64,000 nt of DNA from Marsupella aquatica (lineage: Eukaryota > Plantae > Marchantiophyta), in assembly GCA_973895155.1 (NCBI GenBank), contig OZ316891.1, forward strand, positions 5,737,708-5,801,707, read 5' to 3'. Below the pieces are notes generated by a model. The model was not told where the DNA came from, searched no databases, and saw only the letters and a list, made by a program, of their open reading frames with translations. Below, one piece after another: positions 1 to 11,622 of this stretch. The translations under genes and the position numbers were made by a program. The stretch's first letter is position 1; the number at the start of each line of letters is the position of its first letter.

Positions 1-771
1 CCTGCTAGCAAGTTGTTCTGAAGGATTTAGTTTGCAACACTAGGCAGATTGTTTCCTATCATTTTCCACATATATACAACTGTTTTCACAGTGTCACCTG
101 TCCACATTGAATATATCATTGGTGCTGCGCATACTTTCTTTTCTTACTCAAATGTCATGTGATATGTAGACGTGTGAGATGGCCTGAGTTTGCTTGGGAA
201 AGGCCATGATGTATGTGACAGGCTTGTGGTTGCCCAACCCTTTTTTAAGTCCACAAATTGAGTCTGTTGTGTGAGAGTCCCACTGCAAATAAATCCTAAG
301 GAAACAGATGCAAATATCCTTTTAATCCTGTCCACCCTTCTTGATGGATTGATGTCTCGGCTTCTCAAGAGCATTTCAAATTGACCATGAAATATAATGT
401 TGCAGCTCCTTTGTAGGGAAGCATCACACGAATGGAACATATATAAACACAAACTCAAGAAAAACTGTACAATAAGGAGACATAGATGTGTTGTTGTGCC
501 GTGAAATTCACAGAATTCAGTATTGCACTGTGATATTAATCAGCATTGTAAAAATTACACAGAAAACAAAACAAAAGTATCTCAGGTTTGATTGAAAAAG
601 ACCAGTGAGAATACAGTGCAATAGTAAAAGTTGTCCTGAAGCCACATGGAGAAGCCACATGGATAGCAAAACTCTGGATGAAAATGAGATCCCCTACGGC
701 TACTCGTAGGTCCAAACTACTGTAACAGCAAAACTGAAGTCCTAAAATTCAGTTCCCTATAAGGCTACCAA

Positions 772-1581
772 CTAATTGCCGTAAACCTTAAAGCTCCCTG
801 GCTGCTCATCAAAATAATGCATAGCCAGTAGATTGGAAATGGTTAATTTCCAATCATCAAGAAACTGAGGCACCCACTTATGAGTGCCAAACACAACAAA
901 ACCTTTCTTGCCATTAATGGTCTCAAGATAGAACAATTCAGTGATAGAGAGACCATCAGGGTCCTCTCGGAAACAGTAGCAAAGGTCCCCATCTCGGAAT
1001 GCCTTCCCTTCTTGTAAAATCTCAGCTGCATTTCCAATGTGGATCTTTTGCTGCTGACCAATCGTGCAATCGTCAAATCGGAGAATGTATGTACGCCCAA
1101 TGTTGCCACTTTCCTCCACTGCCCAAAACTCAAATGGAGTAAGTTGTACCCAGGCCTTGTTCATGTCAAGTCGGGTGGACAGTGCTAGCTTCCAATTCCA
1201 CTTTGGATTGGCAAGAAATGTGTGATACTCTGCTATGTAATCTTTCATGGCTTCTGCACTGAAACAACAAGACTCTATGCAATTGGACACTGGAACCCTG
1301 AAAAAAAGCACACACAACAAATGGATAAGAACATTCCCACACTTAACCTTGCAAAATTTGTTGAACAATTGTAGCAAAGAATGCACATTACACACAGTGC
1401 ATCCGCATCTTGAATCAATCAATGTGAGTTGAAATTTAAATTTTTCACATACATACCTATCCCATGCAGGCCTGAATGCAGGATCAATCCGTTTACGCAA
1501 TGATTGCACTATCTCTGTGACTGGATTGAAAACTTTGACCTTGGCAATCTTGCCAAACCTCTTCGAAGATGCAGCAGCCAT
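772..1581 (-). CDS. Two-exon gene, ~203-aa protein of unknown function (exons 1581-1457 and 1258-772)
   Basis: The 302-aa track ORF contains a low-quality middle segment bounded by AG|GTATGT (1456) and TTGTTTCAG (1259). This is a 198-nt phase-2 intron, and removing it gives MAAASSKRFGK...AWDS/AEAMKDYIAEY...FKVYGN*. The ATG at 1581 is preceded by an acceptor-like CAG, so upstream exons are possible. Confidence 0.6.
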   Translation of the reverse strand: MAAASSKRFGKIAKVKVFNPVTEIVQSLRKRIDPAFRPAWDRYVCEKFKFQLTLIDSRCGCTVCNVHSLLQLFNKFCKVKCGNVLIHLLCVLFFRVPVSNCIESCCFSAEAMKDYIAEYHTFLANPKWNWKLALSTRLDMNKAWVQLTPFEFWAVEESGNIGRTYILRFDDCTIGQQQKIHIGNAAEILQEGKAFRDGDLCYCFREDPDGLSITELFYLETINGKKGFVVFGTHKWVPQFLDDWKLTISNLLAMHYFDEQPGSFKVYGN

Positions 1582-3284
1582 TTGGGTCTGGTACATTAAA
1601 AAATCATAGTTGTGGAATGTGAATAATACCACATTGAAAGAAGGTTTCATCCTCTGTACCTGAAGTCCTGAGAATGACAATTCAGGACACTACGTCTTGC
1701 AAAAATCAAGGAATTACATTCGCTTTTGACCAGTACACATGTACAGCGACCATGAGAAGATGAAATACAATGTAAACACACAGAAAATTACCATAGTTGT
1801 GAGAACGTTGCGTTGAGGGCTAGATGGAGTTGTTCGACTATGACCTTGCGAGGGGATAATTATCGTGTCTCCCAATATGTTAAACATGTACACCCTATAA
1901 GCAAGGACAAAAGCCGAGTGAGACACAACATCGAGTCACAGGATGGGTTCATAATGTTGACATCGATTAGTTCTTGACTGTACAGAATGATTCAGTTCAA
2001 TCGAGCTTAAGTGCAGCTCAAATGCATCATCGTACGTAGCTGGCCGTGCTGCATGGAGTCGGAAACTATTCAAAATCAGGTCTTAGGATCCCATTGAAAG
2101 CGGAAGATGATAGGCGACTCTCTACTCCTCTGTAGAGTCTTATTCCCGATCCTCATATGAACTTGGAAATATGTACATAATGTGGCTCTCCTTTTTCACA
2201 TACTCGGGACAAAAACAGCTGTCCATTCAAGCTTCCATGACCTGCTTGTGACTCGCAACTCTATAGTGCTCACTAACAATATTGTTCAGTCCCCGGGTTC
2301 AGTCAGAATATGCAGCAACTACGACTGATTAGTGGCGACAGAAAATCTGCTACAAAGTAACCTCGCTGTGAAACGTAAACGTAAGCCTTTGATAGACTAC
2401 ATTGAAAAGGTTTGCGATCGATGGTCAAGGCAAGGTCGAGGCACATGGCAAGTAAAAACATTTCAAAGTGACCAAATGAAAATTAAGTGAACAGACTCCA
2501 CATTGCGATGGAGTCAATGAATACACAAAGAAAGCAAAGTACCACTGTCCTCTGGCTCGACTTTCATGGTCAGCCCTCGCCCCTCAGTATCGCTTCAACG
2601 CCGCTGCCCACCTGACCTTCGAGTGCACAAGCGCAGAATGACAAACTGTAACTTACCTTCCTGCACACAAAAGATTGCCCAGGGTGGAAGGTTGACGTCA
2701 AGTGTAGTTTGAAACTGGCATGGTTGAGGGGCACGGTATTCAGGAACGGAAAATTCGAACGGAATGCACCAGGACTTAACAGGTGTCCACAATAGAACGG
2801 AACCTGACCCATGGTTAACCATGCTTTGAGTGTAGTTACGTGAATACAAAAACAGTGGCAGTATTATAAATATTGTGAAAACAGTGGCAGGATTGTAATA
2901 AGCCACATCTTTAGTGGCAATGTAGTTAAAACTGTTTCCTTACATAGGGGTTAATGGACCCCGGCTGATTCTTGTCAAGCCACCCTGATTCTACTAAACT
3001 GATGCTCCCATAACCCATCAAGGTAGACGTGCAATGTATCATAGCAACTTGCATGGGCCACTCTGGAACATTACTTTTGGTTTACCAAATGCCTTTCTTT
3101 TGCATAAATGCTCACTGTTGGGTGTCATATGAACTTTGGTCCTGGCTGAAGTCCTGAAGCTAACTGTTGTGGTCCATCTGAGTATTTTTGAAGTTTTTTT
3201 ACATCACCATGATCCACCAACATTCTTTTCGACTTTGGGAAATAACCTAGGAAGCTCATTATTTATTAGTAAGAGTCATTTTGC

Positions 3285-3466
3285 ATGTAATTCCTGTATT
3301 CCCACATTTGGTATTAAAAAACCCCTATAGTTCTTATAATTCTTAAAATGGGATTAAATCACCCCTCTATTTTTTCAGCATATTTTTTAAAGTGGTATGT
3401 GCAATTGATTAAAAACCTCTAACTTCTGTGCGCACAATGGGTTGGAAGAAAAGAAGTGAGGACCCA
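3285..3466 (+). repeat. Dispersed AT-rich MITE-like repeat, copy 1
   Basis: Shares 'aaaccc..ttcttataattct..aaa..ggattaaa..acccct...atgggttggaagaaaagaagtgaggaccc' with the copies at ~4235-4443, ~5270-5487 and ~12056-12354. Left boundary is approximate. Confidence 0.6.
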
Positions 3467-4234
3467 AGGACAGTGTAGTCGGAACATTTCCAATTTTAAT
3501 TTGGATTCTTGCATGACTCCGTTTGACTCTTATATGCCTTCACTCCTACCTTCCTGCCAGGAAGTGTTTACAATCATGAAAGATCATACAGAGCTCCCAT
3601 TTTTGCTTCTAATTACAGGAAGATTGCATTCCAATCTTTTTGACTTAGAATCTCGTAGACTAAATTGTTTTTTATAACACCTGAAGGGCATATCTAATGT
3701 TGTTTTGGCGACAATTGATCATAATAGCTTATCAGACTTTCTTAATGACTTAGAAGTAATTTATTAAAACTTGTAATAAGAGCTTTTTGAAAGGGCAAAA
3801 AACACTACTAATTAAAGGGTTTTGGAGCCGGGGGCCATTCACAGGTCAGTTTCATTAATATACATGGAGTGAGGGGCCCAGGGTGGAGATCCTTGTACTA
3901 TAATTGCATTATTATCTGGGTTTCCATTTTTTTCATGCCAAAATGTGTTCACTTATTACTCTTTCCAAGTATGTAAGTGACATATTAGATAGAAAGTATG
4001 GAGTGAAATGGGATTGAAAGAGCAAAAATGTGTCCAAGTTTTTGTTTGAATCATAAAAGGCAACTGTGGGAGGGTTAAATTTCTCTTCTTGCAACTTTTG
4101 GTACTGCATGAAGAATAATGAGTTTCTAAAGAAGAAATGGAACAAGAGAATCACCTCAAAGGTCTCATTCCAAGGGAGGTTCCATATCACGCCCAAATTT
4201 TTCAAGTAATCAACAACCTAAAACTTAAGAAATA

Positions 4235-4443
4235 AACTATATTTTACTATTTTTAACCCCTAGTTCTATGAAATATTCTCAAATTTTGAATAAAACCCCC
4301 TACACTTCATATAATTCTCAAGATTGGACTCAAACACCCCTATTTTCTTCAACACTTTTTTTAAAGTCTTCCACCTAATACAATTAAAAATAACCCTAAC
4401 TTCTTCCTGTCCAATGGGTTGGATGAAAACAAGTGAGGACCCC
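4235..4443 (+). repeat. Dispersed AT-rich MITE-like repeat, copy 2
   Basis: Ends 'atgggttggatgaaaacaagtgaggacccc'; homologous to the copies at 3285, 5270 and 12056. Confidence 0.6.
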
Positions 4444-5269
4444 TGGAAATAATACCCATTTAGCACAAGAGGATAACTTAGAGAATGAGGCATGATTTCA
4501 TAGATTGAGAACATCACCAAAAGTACACTATGGCAAAGAAAAACACGGAAGAGGTGAAGAGAAACTTATTAACCAACAAGTTATATTGACCAGTCCCTAT
4601 GGCTAAAACCAACCAAACTCCACATAATCCACGCTCTAGATGGTTTCATTTGATTACTCTTAAATTTCAGGCAAAGATGTACAATCAAGTGTACAATGTA
4701 TCATCTAGTGAGGTTCATAGGGGTTTTCCCATATCCATGGTTCAATTGGTTTGGAGTACATATTTGAGGTCCATCTTTGAGGGGGTCACTTCCATGCAAG
4801 TAGCACATCATATGCAACAAAGTATAGGCCCATTTAAATGGGTGTAGGCAAAGACTTCCAAAGTGTTGGCAGTGGAAGAACAAATACGACATGTTTTATT
4901 GTTGGTCGACTTTAAAGAACACATCAGTCTATTTAATTTAAAAAATACTTTCTTTAAAGTTTTTAGGCGTTTTCAAGGAGGATTGCACTCATTTGAGTTC
5001 CACTTTTCCATGGATCATGAGATAGGGTACATATTCAAGGGGAACTCAAATGTGTGCTCACATCTAAGAGTTCAGTCTTCTTTGTGTAGAGAGGGTGAGA
5101 GAGATCAGGTCATAGTGGAACTTTTGGAGCTAGGCTCTGGTGGATGTACTCATTACGTTCATATTGATATATTCTTCTCTCATGGCTGTTGATGTAGCCT
5201 AGACGGGGTGAACCACATACTCTCTTTGTCAGTGTTGATTCACTGTCACACGCAAAGTTTTCTGGTGGG

Positions 5270-5487
5270 GGGGGGGGGGACACACTAATTTTTTTAGTCA
5301 ATAAGGTTTTTTTGAGGAATTATTCTACTCCTAACTTAATGAAATATTCCCAAATTTGGCTAAGAAAACCCTAGGATTGTTATAATTCTCAAAACTGGAT
5401 TAAAACAACCCTGATTCTTCAACAAATATTTAAATTTTTTTCACTAAACCCAATAGAATGGGTTGGAAGAAAAGAAGTGAGGACCCC
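5270..5487 (+). repeat. Dispersed AT-rich MITE-like repeat, copy 3
   Basis: Starts at a G-run followed by 'acacact' and ends 'atgggttggaagaaaagaagtgaggacccc'. Confidence 0.6.
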
Positions 5488-6795
5488 GGGCTAGCAAATA
5501 GATCCTTAGTCTAACTAAGCCAATTCCTTCAGCACAAGTTTCACCAGCCAAGCATTCATTGGAACAAAAACATGAGATATTCATTCAAATAAAAACATAA
5601 ATATGATTGTTGGTTCCTTCCCGTTCCTCCAACACTAAGATTCAGCTTGTACTTCATGTGTCATATTGTGGGGCTTCTTGAGATGCTCCAATGAGCACCA
5701 ATACATACTTTTGAGTCATGTAGTAATAAAGTTAGCATTTCTCATTCAATTCATAATACTTTGAAAAATTCTGCTCAATAATGAGGCAACCCTAAATGGT
5801 TTGAAATCTTTACTAACGACAAATCATTCTCTTGTACCTCGATGAAAGGAAAGCTTACTTTAATATCCAGCTAATCAATGCACTGTAAAATTTAAATTAA
5901 AAGAGTTCGAAAAGTTACCTGTTTTCAATATTTGTTTGAGTAAAGTTTTTCATTAGAGAAGAACACATAATTATAATTATCTAAATATAAATGAACCAAT
6001 ACTTTCCCAAACTAGGGGCCAACATCAACAGACTAAGATCTCAGTGCCTGGTCTAGCTTATATTACAATGTTAACATTTATAGATTAAATCATTTCCATT
6101 TAAGGTAAGCTACTGAGGGATAAAGGTTCAATCAGCAACACTTTGTCATCTACACATCTTATCAACCTTATATTAAATTAATTGTCTACAGCTAGGGTAT
6201 GTTAAAATCCATAGGCAGCTCTCTACCTTCAACAAGATTTCTCATTTTAAACCAGTTTTTTAGTGCATTCTCATAGCAAAGCAAGAACTGAGCATTCAAT
6301 TTGTGAAGTATTCAATGTGTATCTGGTCAGATCTTTTTTCAAGATATCCCAATGTTATAGGACACTAGAAACAGATAATGCAAGATATTTCTTACTAATT
6401 ATGAAAGCACCATTGTGAGCATATGCTTTTAGAAGACCTAATATATAATGTATGACTCTTTCTCTTATATGACAGAAGTGCTCCAAATTTTTAAACACCA
6501 AGGAGAGTCTAGCCACTAGACTAATTAAAGCACAATCCCTACATAGAGGCAGCAATAGTCATTTAGCATAAAGAGATCGAGAAAGAGATGCATGCCCAGA
6601 TGAATGATAAGTGCAATGTGGTGCGATTGTGTGGTAAAGTCAAAATATGTGCAAATCCAAAATTTAAAGAAGGATTTAATTCAATAAAATAATTTATTTA
6701 TTTTCTATGGTATCAAAACTAAATTATATGACTTTAAAAAATAGTTAGAGGGGTTCAAAAGCATGCAAACTAGCTGACAACATTTAGGTTTTTTA

Positions 6796-7060
6796 CGGAC
6801 CCCACTAGAGGTCCCTTCCAAAATTCCTGGCACCACAGCGTGCCACGTCAACAACAACCGCAACAAACAGGAACGAATTGGTTTCCACAATGAAATTATG
6901 CCCACATTCGTGTTTGCGAAAGGATTTTGGTAAAACTGGGGACGCCATGCCGTAAAAATTCATGTAAACTTGTTTTACAATTAACCGTATTATTTACCTT
7001 TAGATAACAAATTATTGAAGTTGAGATAGACAATAACCGTTTTTTCAACCCCTAAATAAC
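6796..7060 (+). repeat. Long TIR-like dispersed repeat (CGGACCCCACTAGAGGTCCC family), copy 1
   Basis: Begins CGGACCCCACTAGAGGTCCCTTCCAAAATT...CCACAGCGTGCCAC. An inverted homologue lies at ~31350-31611 and a direct homologue at 55467-55625. All three copies share the same sharp outer end. Confidence 0.7.
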
Positions 7061-10000
7061 GGAATGCACAACATTAAGTAATAACAATAACCATTAAGTA
7101 ATAATTAAAAAGAGAAAAAAATTAAATGTGTAATCGAAAGTAAGCACTTGTCACTAGAAACAGTTAAGTAATTAACGTCCACTACAATCCATCCCGCCCG
7201 CAATCCAAACTGTAACGAGCGCTCCTCCGCGCCACAACCTCTGCACGAATTCTCGTTGTTGATTTTGATGGTGATGGTGCAGTGAATGTGTGCACACGCA
7301 ATGTTGAGAGAAACGAGAAGGTGAGAAAGAAGCTGCCCGATCGAAGACTCAATAACAAAGAAACCAGAAGAGAGTTCATTTCATAAGGACCAAAAGCAGG
7401 AAAAGCAACGATCGCAAACAGAATTAATAAGAAGAAACTGAAGAACAAAATGATCGAATCAGGAAGAGAAGGACTGCGATTTGAACCTGAAATCAAAACA
7501 AAGATCAAAAGAGGCCATGGCGAAGTGAAAGTGTAAAGAGAGACTAACACAACGCCCTGAGGATCCAGAGAACAACAGAAAATTTAAAGAGGAAATTAAG
7601 GATCGAACAAGAAGATATAAAACGCTGCAGAAACACGATCGGGGCAGAGAAGAGCGGAAAGGCAGCGACCTGATCAGAAGAAAAAGGCAAAAGCAGTTCG
7701 ATCAAACAAGGTCAACTTTCATTGTTGAATCCTTCTGATTTTGATGTCTCTCTTCTGTTTCTCGTTACTTCTTTTTTTTGGTCTTTTGAATCCGTGTCTC
7801 TTCTTTTTGCCTTGTATTATTCTTTCTCGATCAAGTGCGAGCGTTGTTCTTATGGATTCTTTCGCTTATTCTAAGTTTCTGCCTAATGAATGATCGAATG
7901 TCAGACACCAATGCCCTTCACGGGCGCTCATTTTGCTTCTTCCTTGCTTCTTCCTTTTTCTGGTTGTCTTTATGTTTTCCTTTTGGCTCCCAGAGATTGC
8001 TTCCCCTCTGTTTCATTTCTTCAATTTTCGATCCCTCAGACAGTTGCTTCCAGATATGATCGTAGCCGAGATCGTAGCGCTGTCAGCGTTAAGGATTCAG
8101 AGTTCTGGAGCCAGTAGCAAATACTAACTCTATGTCCGAATATGGATGAGAGATTTTGAAAGATTCTGGGAGGGTTCCTCCACAGTGCGCAAGATGTTTC
8201 AGGCTTTAGGTTTCTGCCGTGAGCTTCTCGGACCTCTAATTGAGAATTTATGAGGTATCATCAGATTTTCCAGATTTGGCTTCATAGCTATACTATCTAT
8301 TTTTTAACACATTTTTTAACACATTTTTTATTTGTATCAATAGCTATCCAATTTTCAATCTCAATCAAATAAAAACAGGTGGGGGTCCACGAACTAATTT
8401 TTGTAAAAAATTTAAAAATCTTTAAATGAATTAAACTCATAGCAAGTTTAGGAACTGTTGAGTCTCAATATCTGTAAAGTAAGCCAGGAAACCCAACCTG
8501 TATAGTGTCTCGACTTGTTCTAAAAGTGGGAAACCCTCAATTTTCTTTTTTGAAATTTTGAACTTTTGAAATTTTATTACAGCCAACCTAATCATAACCA
8601 TTTTTGGTCAGACCCATAAAAATGTAGATCACTCTAAATTACGATTAGAGTTACATCCCGTGGAGCGAGACTGAGAAACAGTTCAATATGTAGAAGATTA
8701 GATTGGAGACACATTATGTAGAAGGGAAACTTTACACATATACAAATATCTAACTATAAACCGTCGGTAGCAAACATACATAAGATAATGTCAGTACGTA
8801 GGAGAAAGTCAAGGAGATACTGACTAAAAACAACGATCTGAAACGTACTCTAGAGTAGAATACAAAGAAAGCTTCCTAAAATATGGAGTGAGAAAGGAAT
8901 TCAAAGCTCGGAAGGCGGCTCACACTGCGTCTTCAATAGAGGATTGTCATGTGATGAACCAGGTACGTACTCAAAGGGAACAGCATTTGGACCTCCAAGT
9001 TCCAAGTTAAGCAGCAAAGATCAATGGACAGCTAGTGCTTGACTTAAATGGACCACACCAACTACAGACTGAAATGAATTGTTTGTGTTGGCGAATTCAA
9101 TTGCTTCTCACGCTCCGATTTGAACCCGTACTCCGAGAACACCGTCACTTTCATATTCACAAGGCAAAATTGACTCTCGAAGTAAACTACCCCTGGTATA
9201 CAAGTGTCTTCTCTACGTTGTTTGTGGGTCTTGGTAGGACTCCGCTAAACCCTACTTGAAGATCCATGCCAAGAGTAACTTGAGTGTAAGAATAACAGAC
9301 ATCTATCACATCGAAACGATTTGTGACAAAGTACCAGGCATGCTGAAGATCGAATACAGTGGTGCAAAGTACTTCTTATGTCGGAAATGCAGCAAACTAG
9401 ACCAAAAAAAAAAAACCAATTTAACCAACTTAAATGCTCGAATTGAATGAACAGCCTTTTTTTAAAAGTTTATTTCCAGATTTCTTGGACATACATACAT
9501 GTCACTATATATACAATTCAATTGGCTATTTCCAATACAATTCAATTGGCTATTTCCAATGTCATACATTTAGTTAGCCACTCTAATTGCCCTACAGCTA
9601 TAGCTTGGATCTTTACTCAACGTTTTGGACCTTGATAGTCCAACTAATCCAGGCTAGGATGTCTTGGGACGCGCGCACCCTCCGATCTTCTTTGAGACTT
9701 CCTCATATGCATGCTTAATCTCCTAACACGGGCATATATCAAAGACTTCCTATTCGTGCTCGATCTGGGAGATGTATCTACCACAGCCATCCACTTGTGA
9801 ATTGAGGCCAGGTGTTAAATTACTCTTCAGATCAGGGGAGTCTTTTGCATCGTTTGGAGCCTTTTCTGAAGGGTAACCGGCGTGATCCGGTTCCTCTTCC
9901 AGGGAATCCTTCAACAGTGTGCATCACATGAAAGAATACATATATAGCAAGTTATGTTTGTCTAAAATGTTAATAAGCACGCAGTTTAAGACTCTGTCCG

Positions 10001-11622
10001 TAGTCAGAATTCTGTGACTATTTTAAAAACTGGTGGTCTAAGTTTAATTTGAATCAAAGGACAGCTACAGGTCTTTCTAGTAAAGTCACCTCAACCTAAG
10101 ATTGGGGAAAGGAAATATCACAAACATCTATACAGCTATCGATCGATCGGATCAACAAAATCAGTAAAACAAATAAACACACAAAGCATCGATAGAGGTC
10201 TTGAACTAAGTTAAGGCAGGCATGGGCAACAACTCAAGTAGACAACTCAGCTAAATTAAGGTTGTCGAAACTATCAGCAACCAGCACAGGAAGTAGATCC
10301 AGGTTTCAATTAGAACGTAAAGCCTCACCGAGACGGTTTGGACAGATTGTTGTGCTGCACACTCTCTGGAAGAACCAGATAGCTGCTCTGCTAGAAACTT
10401 CAAAGTCTTCATTGTATCATAGTTCTTCAATTCATCCCGAGGGACCAACTGCAGAACTTGGGCAAACTCATCGTCCTCGAGTGCATCTTCAACCAAATCC
10501 TCGAGCTCCTCAACCTCTTCTCTCTTGCAACTTTTAGGCTCAATGCATAAGTTTATTTTATCGTCTCCGGCATCGACTGCTTGCCTACCACCCATAACTT
10601 TCCCTAAACTTTCTCTGGATGCCTCGGTCAAAGTATGTAAGGAGTCAGCACAAAGCTCGGAAAACCCTCTCTTGAGTATCAGAAACTCTGAAAGAAGCTA
10701 AGCCGCTACTACGCTAATTAAGATCGATCATCTCGATCTTGCCTTAAAGTTCCTACCCGACTCTCCTAAGCAGATGGTTTTTTGTCTTGGATGACATGAG
10801 CGATAGGAAGATGTGAGACACTCTTCTCGGAAGAACTTTCACAGAGCTAGAGAGAACATGAACCCTTTACTGCCAACATAGCCATTTATAGTCAAGAAGG
10901 TAAGGAACCTTATACTTGGATGTATGAGGGGGGAGGAGCCGGGAGAAGAATTAAGACTAGAGTAGGGACGCCTAGTGATCGGCCAATGCGGTGGGACCAG
11001 CAGTGTGTTTGAATCGGACATGCGGGCCGACTGACCAGTGATTTGTTATATTTCCAAGCTATGACGGCCTGTACACTAATATTTGCGCCAGTCCCCAAAG
11101 AAAAAGAAAAAAAAAATCTCACCCAGGCCAACTTTTCATTCTGCTTTTCGTCCATTTTTCCAGAATTCTGGCATAAATAATAAGTTTTAGAGAAACTATC
11201 CACAAAATGAACAGCCAACCTATCATCTACAAAGTTTTGGTGTAGTTGCTCAAAGGAAAAACATAGCCTTGTTGCTTGTCTATTGCCTGTAAAAGGAACC
11301 ACATAGCCTGGCTGCTTGTCAATTGGCTGTACGTATGTAAGGGTATGTTGGGTTTGAGGTTTGGGTCATTAACCTCCTTATAAAAGCATCATTACACTCA
11401 GCCCAAACCATCATTCGAGCCCTAAGAGTCCCTTCTTGCATTGTAGTTTGGAAAGCTCCTAGATTTGATCAATTCCTACTGTCTTGGTGATCGAGAATCT
11501 GATTCTCGAGTGACTTACACACAGAGGCAAGTTCAGTTTGTGAATTTGCGAAGGTCGACCACTCTCTAGTTCTCTGTAGCTTGATCAACCTCTATGTCTT
11601 TTGAAGCCATGGCGGCACCTAC

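Noticed and set aside
4700-5200. Cys-containing minus-strand fragment (CRIC...CATC) between MITE-like copies
   Set aside because: Many stops and no recognisable family; cannot be supported as a zinc-finger gene.
8580-11590. Possible retroelement remnant, including the acidic ORF at 10251-10631
   Set aside because: No gag/RT/integrase motifs, paired LTRs or PBS could be identified by eye.
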